Source: a virus
Lineage: Duplodnaviria; Caudoviricetes
Virus record (IMG/VR): IMGVR_UViG_3300021408_000001
Coordinates: 68,905-132,904 of that record
DNA length: 64,000 nucleotides
Direction: 5' to 3' (one strand)
In this document: piece after piece, positions 59,726 to 64,000 of the stretch
Layout of the letters: every line of letters starts with the position of its first letter
Numbering within the stretch: position 1 is the first letter of the stretch
Translations under genes and position numbers: made by a program
Notes under the pieces: model-generated
The model's database searches: none
What the model was told of the DNA's origin: nothing
Seen by the model: the letters and a program-made list of their open reading frames with translations, nothing else

Positions 59726-60412
59726 ATGAAAAAGTACCACAAAATTCAAACCCTGTACGAGCGCGACGGTCGTGGGAAGATCGTTACTCAAAATCTAACA
59801 CGGCCTATCTACGGAACAATCAAAGACTGGGCGGTAACCGAAAAGGTCAACGGTACTAACATCCGTATTGGGTTCACCATGCCTTATGGTGGATGCCCGG
59901 CAGTAAAGTGGGAGCTTGCAGGCAGGACGGATACGGACACCCCTGACATCCCCGATAAGCTCGTACGCCACGTCACCGGCCTTGCGGTGAACATCTCCCC
60001 CGTCGTACGTGATATCATGGACGGACACGGGCTAGAGCGGTACACCCTCTATGGTGAGGGTTATGGGGCTGGTATTCATAAGGGCGGAAGGTATCGGGAT
60101 GACAATGGGTTCATCCTGTTCGATGTCGCTGTCCACGATCTCCAGATGGGTCAATTATACCTATCTGACGATGTTGTTACAAAGACTGCAAAGGAACTAG
60201 ACATCCCACGCGTTCCGCTGTTAAATAGTGGCGAGACTATGACGATTGAAGAAATCGTTGAGCTTGTACGCTACGGGTATGCCTCTGATGTCGCTGAGAA
60301 GTTTGATGAGAACTTTCTAGCAGAAGGCATTGTTGCTCGGCCAGTGGAACCTCTTTACGACAACCGTAAAGAGCGGGTTATGTTCAAATTGAAGTCCTCA
60401 GACTTCGATTAA
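59726..60412 (+). CDS. RNA ligase, Rnl2 family
   Basis: KYHKI, TEKVNGTN (motif I), LYGEGYG, FILFDV, EGIV, FKLK. Confidence 0.85.
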   Translation: MKKYHKIQTLYERDGRGKIVTQNLTRPIYGTIKDWAVTEKVNGTNIRIGFTMPYGGCPAVKWELAGRTDTDTPDIPDKLVRHVTGLAVNISPVVRDIMDGHGLERYTLYGEGYGAGIHKGGRYRDDNGFILFDVAVHDLQMGQLYLSDDVVTKTAKELDIPRVPLLNSGETMTIEEIVELVRYGYASDVAEKFDENFLAEGIVARPVEPLYDNRKERVMFKLKSSDFD

Positions 60413-60788
60413 CGCTTACTAGAACGAGTTGGAGTAAGTCAAAGTGAGCACGTATAACGGTAGTGGCTGGGAATCTGATCAAGAAACCCAGCCACTGGCG
60501 CGCTCAAGTGATCTACCAGACACGGGGGAACTGAGTCACGAGCCTACAGCGAAGTTGGAGCATCGATCAGTAATAGATGTTAAGACTAAAAAGGATAAAG
60601 TTAAGATATCCTCTGAAGATGATAAGTCCGCATTCATGCATCGCCAACGGCGTCGGCGTGAATTCATGGTTAAGTGCGATACCGTTCAAAAGGCTGCTAT
60701 AACTACTGCTATTGTTTGGGTTAGCATCGTAGTCATCATCATGTCAACCTGGGTTGTCATGTATGTGTATGGCGGAGGTAAATCCTAA

Positions 60789-61451
60789 ATGTCCCACCCG
60801 GCAAAATTCTCCCCACAGGTGCTCGTATGTATCAAGCCCTTGATATTAGAGATAGGGCTGCCTGTACATGACCCATTTGCCGGGACAGGTGAACGTCTTG
60901 GTGCCCTGTGCGACGAGCTAGGCGTGGTATATACAGGATCAGAGATAGAGCCAGAATACATAAAAGATGATCGTGTTGTGGGCGCTGACTCTACCCGTAT
61001 TACATCGTACCCTTTTCATGACCACATGATAGTGACTAGCCCAGTCTATCCGAACGGGATGACAGACCACTTTCATGCACAAGACGATTCCAAGAGGCAT
61101 ACATATAGGCAAGGCCTAGCTGCGATACTGGGCTATGACAGACCCCTTAAATTGAATAATATGGGGCGCTACGGCAATCGCTATCGTAGGAGTTTGGCCA
61201 GTGAATTAACGCACTTCGGCATTGCCGAGGATTGCGTTGAGCACTGGCCGACTCATGCGATAGTGAATGTTAAGAATGTTGTAGCTAGTAGTTACACTGT
61301 CGACGTAATAGGTAAGTGGAAAGATCTACTTGCCAAGGAGGGGTTCAGGGTGAGTGCAGAGATAGAGATAGCGACCCCTGGACAGCGCCACGGGGCCAAC
61401 GGCGACTTACGAGCGGACCACGAGGCCGTCATCGTCGCCGCCCGCGGTTGA
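60789..61451 (+). CDS. DNA amino-methyltransferase-like protein (N4-C/N6-A)
   Basis: HPAKF, DPFAGTG (SAM binding), TSPVY (SPPY-like). Confidence 0.7.
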   Translation: MSHPAKFSPQVLVCIKPLILEIGLPVHDPFAGTGERLGALCDELGVVYTGSEIEPEYIKDDRVVGADSTRITSYPFHDHMIVTSPVYPNGMTDHFHAQDDSKRHTYRQGLAAILGYDRPLKLNNMGRYGNRYRRSLASELTHFGIAEDCVEHWPTHAIVNVKNVVASSYTVDVIGKWKDLLAKEGFRVSAEIEIATPGQRHGANGDLRADHEAVIVAARG

Positions 61452-61533
61452 GGGGGCAAACGAGCGTGGTATAATGCCGGTATCGGATGGCGGGGCCGCG
61501 GATGCCCGCCAAAGGGAAAGGGTAAATATTAAC

Positions 61534-61839
61534 ATGCATAATAGACAGCATCCTCTTTCGGGTGCGAAGGTTAAGCTCAATGACACGACTAAGGACCCTG
61601 TAAGGGGTATGGTCATGCCGGGTATGGTCTATCGCATCGAAGGTTGGTGGGATAGCCTCACGGGTGAGTCATGGACTGAGTCCAGTGGTAACCCCGCTGC
61701 GATGCAGTACACCATTCGCGTGGCCACGAGCGGTCACGTACCTTTGGACGATGAGGTTGTGTACGGACATATCAACGGTATCGGACACCTCGTTCACGTC
61801 AGTGAGCTGAGTGAAGAGCCGGTAGAGGATGAAGATTAA
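61534..61839 (+). CDS. hypothetical protein
   Basis: TGGTATAAT and GGGAAAGGG upstream. Confidence 0.7.
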   Translation: MHNRQHPLSGAKVKLNDTTKDPVRGMVMPGMVYRIEGWWDSLTGESWTESSGNPAAMQYTIRVATSGHVPLDDEVVYGHINGIGHLVHVSELSEEPVEDED

Positions 61840-62564
61840 GCTCCTAGAAAATCGAAGAAGGAGCAACGAGGAGCAAGTTATTGAGGCTCTCCGTACGACT
61901 ACCTTCGATACTAGGGACGAGTGGCATTACTTAGTAGAATTAGAATTTGTATCTAATATGCCCATTGTTAGGCTAGTGAAGACACTGACTAGACTAACAA
62001 AATCTGGTGTAACTCAATGTAAATATGATGACCCTAATCTACCAATGGTGAATATTTTTAGCAATCGGCCCTATCGTCGTCGCATGTACAGATTGGTAGA
62101 GAGTGTCGAAAAGGAAGAAAACACCAGCTCCCGAGAAGAGTGATGGGGATCACATAGTTGTGCTTGCTCTGAAGTTCAACACTTATGGGACTTCAGAGCA
62201 AGCAATTGATACAATAAAAAGTATTAGAACCAAACTATCAGTCATCATGCATAGAGAGATAGAAACCTCGGCCTATGCTATCTCACAAGGCCAAAAACAA
62301 GCAGTGGGCTTGAATAGCTCATTGTCTGTAGAGGACATAATCGAGGAGATCATAATTGGCAACACAAATGATCAAGATGCATCTACACGGGAGCAAGGAA
62401 AATAGCTCCTGGTATGCGGAGAATAATAATCTAGTCTTCTCTAACGAAGACGCACGAACGACATTCCTCTACGCTCTCTACGAGGTTGCGTTCGACGTAG
62501 AGGTTGATCTCGATACTGGGAACACCAGGATTATCACTGTCGACAATAGACTGGTTAATGATTA

Positions 62565-63017
62565 ATGGGTGACCTAACAGAACAGCAATTGGCCAACCGA
62601 GTGACTTGGGTCAGGGCACTACTTTCGAAGAAATACAAGCAGGGAACAGGGAGACTTAAGAAGCAGATTAAGAATGAGTTCTTTTACTGCTGCATCGGAG
62701 TTGCTTGCGAAGTAATTGCCCCTGATGCACATGAGCTTGAACTTACTGGGGAGTATGAAGGCAACGCCTGTGGCCTGGCGTATATGAATGCAGACCGGGC
62801 GGAGGATATGTTGGGATTTGACGTCCATGGCATTAATCAGCGCCAGGCGGGAATGTGGAACGATCAACACGATTACTCGTTTGACCGCATCGCTGACTAC
62901 ATCGCTTACGCTACAGCATACGGACTATCTTTCCGTAATCTCGCAGAGGGGCATAATATTCCCTCCGGATATGCTCTAGATTGGCTGGAAGAATTCGATG
63001 CTGCTTCTGAATCCTAA
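62565..63017 (+). CDS. hypothetical protein, paralog B1
   Basis: W...LLS..YKQG.G.L..CC.GV.CE..WND..F..IAD. Confidence 0.8.
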   Translation: MGDLTEQQLANRVTWVRALLSKKYKQGTGRLKKQIKNEFFYCCIGVACEVIAPDAHELELTGEYEGNACGLAYMNADRAEDMLGFDVHGINQRQAGMWNDQHDYSFDRIADYIAYATAYGLSFRNLAEGHNIPSGYALDWLEEFDAASES

Positions 63018-63417
63018 AAAGGTAGTCGAGCGCAGAGTACGCTGGGTTAGAGCCTTGCTTTCAGGTGAATACAAGCAGGGTACTGGTGTTCTTAAGAAGT
63101 TAGTCAGTGGCGGTGCTGAGCACTGTTGTCTTGGTGTGGGGTGCGAAGTCATTGCACCACATTCAACGGACCTTAGCACCTATATCATCATGGGGAAGAC
63201 TAAGCTAAGTTGGCGGAACGCTAGAAAGCTTGGACTGACCACACAAGCGCAAAGCGTTGCAACCATCTGGAATGACACATACCAGCATAGCTTTGCGACA
63301 ATTGCAGACTATATCGCATACGCAACCGAAAACGATCTTAGTCTACGATCAATAAGGACAAATAGTGTACCTAAGGGTTACGCTAGAGAGTGGCTGACTA
63401 AGTATGACGAAGATTAG
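62998..63417 (+). CDS. hypothetical protein, paralog B2
   Basis: Same motifs. Confidence 0.8.
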   Translation: MLLLNPKKVVERRVRWVRALLSGEYKQGTGVLKKLVSGGAEHCCLGVGCEVIAPHSTDLSTYIIMGKTKLSWRNARKLGLTTQAQSVATIWNDTYQHSFATIADYIAYATENDLSLRSIRTNSVPKGYAREWLTKYDED

Positions 63418-63877
63418 ACTAACCAAAAATCAAATCTTACATAGAATCCAGTGGATCAGAGACCTGCTATCAGACGAATTCAAGCAGGGATCTGGGGCAC
63501 TTAAGGAAATTGTAGGTGGGAGAGCGCAACACTGCTGTCTCGGTGTCGCCTGTGAGAGGGCTATGCCTAGATCGCCGGCACTACGCATCTTGCTGCACAA
63601 TGGCCAGGAAGGATCATCGGCGGATGGTACAATGAGTAGGAACACTGCTCAATTGTTCGGTCTATCTACCGATCCGTCACCAACGTCTGACAACACATCC
63701 GATCAGGATATTGCTGTCGAATGGAACGACAATCTAGGGTATAACTTTGCTACCATCGCCGACCTAGTTGCTTACTCTACCGAACACCGCCTCAGGTTTG
63801 TTGATCTCCCCACGATTCGTAATATTCCTGGCGGATACGCAGTAAAGTGGTTAGGACAACTTGATGCGCTTGCTTAA
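63404..63877 (+). CDS. hypothetical protein, paralog B3
   Basis: Same motifs. Confidence 0.8.
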   Translation: MTKIRLTKNQILHRIQWIRDLLSDEFKQGSGALKEIVGGRAQHCCLGVACERAMPRSPALRILLHNGQEGSSADGTMSRNTAQLFGLSTDPSPTSDNTSDQDIAVEWNDNLGYNFATIADLVAYSTEHRLRFVDLPTIRNIPGGYAVKWLGQLDALA

Positions 63878-64000
63878 GAATCATAAGAGCCGCAAGATTA
63901 CGGCTAGGCGCGTAAGGTGGGTTAGGGACCTAGTGTCTGGAAATTACACACAAGGTAAGGGCGCCCTCAAAATGCAATCTGGTGGTTCTACCAAGCATTG

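Overview
This window is 64 kb of a large, probably lytic, tRNA-rich dsDNA phage, most likely infecting an Actinobacterium (inferred from the GAAAGG-type Shine-Dalgarno, LexA/IdeR-like boxes, short-arm tRNA-Leu and mostly CCA-less tRNAs). No virion or core replication genes are recognisable, and almost everything is on the + strand. (1) 0.6-3.2 kb is largely non-coding and packed with palindromic host-regulator-like sites (LexA, IdeR/DtxR, DnaA box, KstR2-like). (2) About 3.3-4.25 kb is a candidate large structured ncRNA plus long hairpins. (3) The main finding lies at 4.4-36.3 kb: an array of small early-type genes punctuated by about 55 copies (hand count) of a ~50-55 nt element. Its architecture is: outer stem usually starting at the upstream gene's TAG stop, conserved YTGA, variable 11-13 bp inner hairpin, conserved RATTG, outer stem, then a GGGAAAGGGA RBS and the next start codon. 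Stem sequences vary with compensatory and G-U changes while the asymmetric UGA/RAUU internal loop is conserved. This points to an RNA-level processing or binding signal that organises genes as cassettes; one copy carries a 129-nt structured RNA in its loop. (4) 38-61 kb holds 15 tRNAs, two tRNA half-gene remnants, an odd tRNA-like RNA, tRNA-adjacent HNH nucleases and an RNA-repair toolkit (frameshifted RtcB, Rnl2-type ligase, nucleotidyltransferase, DEDD exonuclease; a PNKP-type phosphatase lies at 29.8 kb). All calls are from reading motifs by eye; no searches were run.
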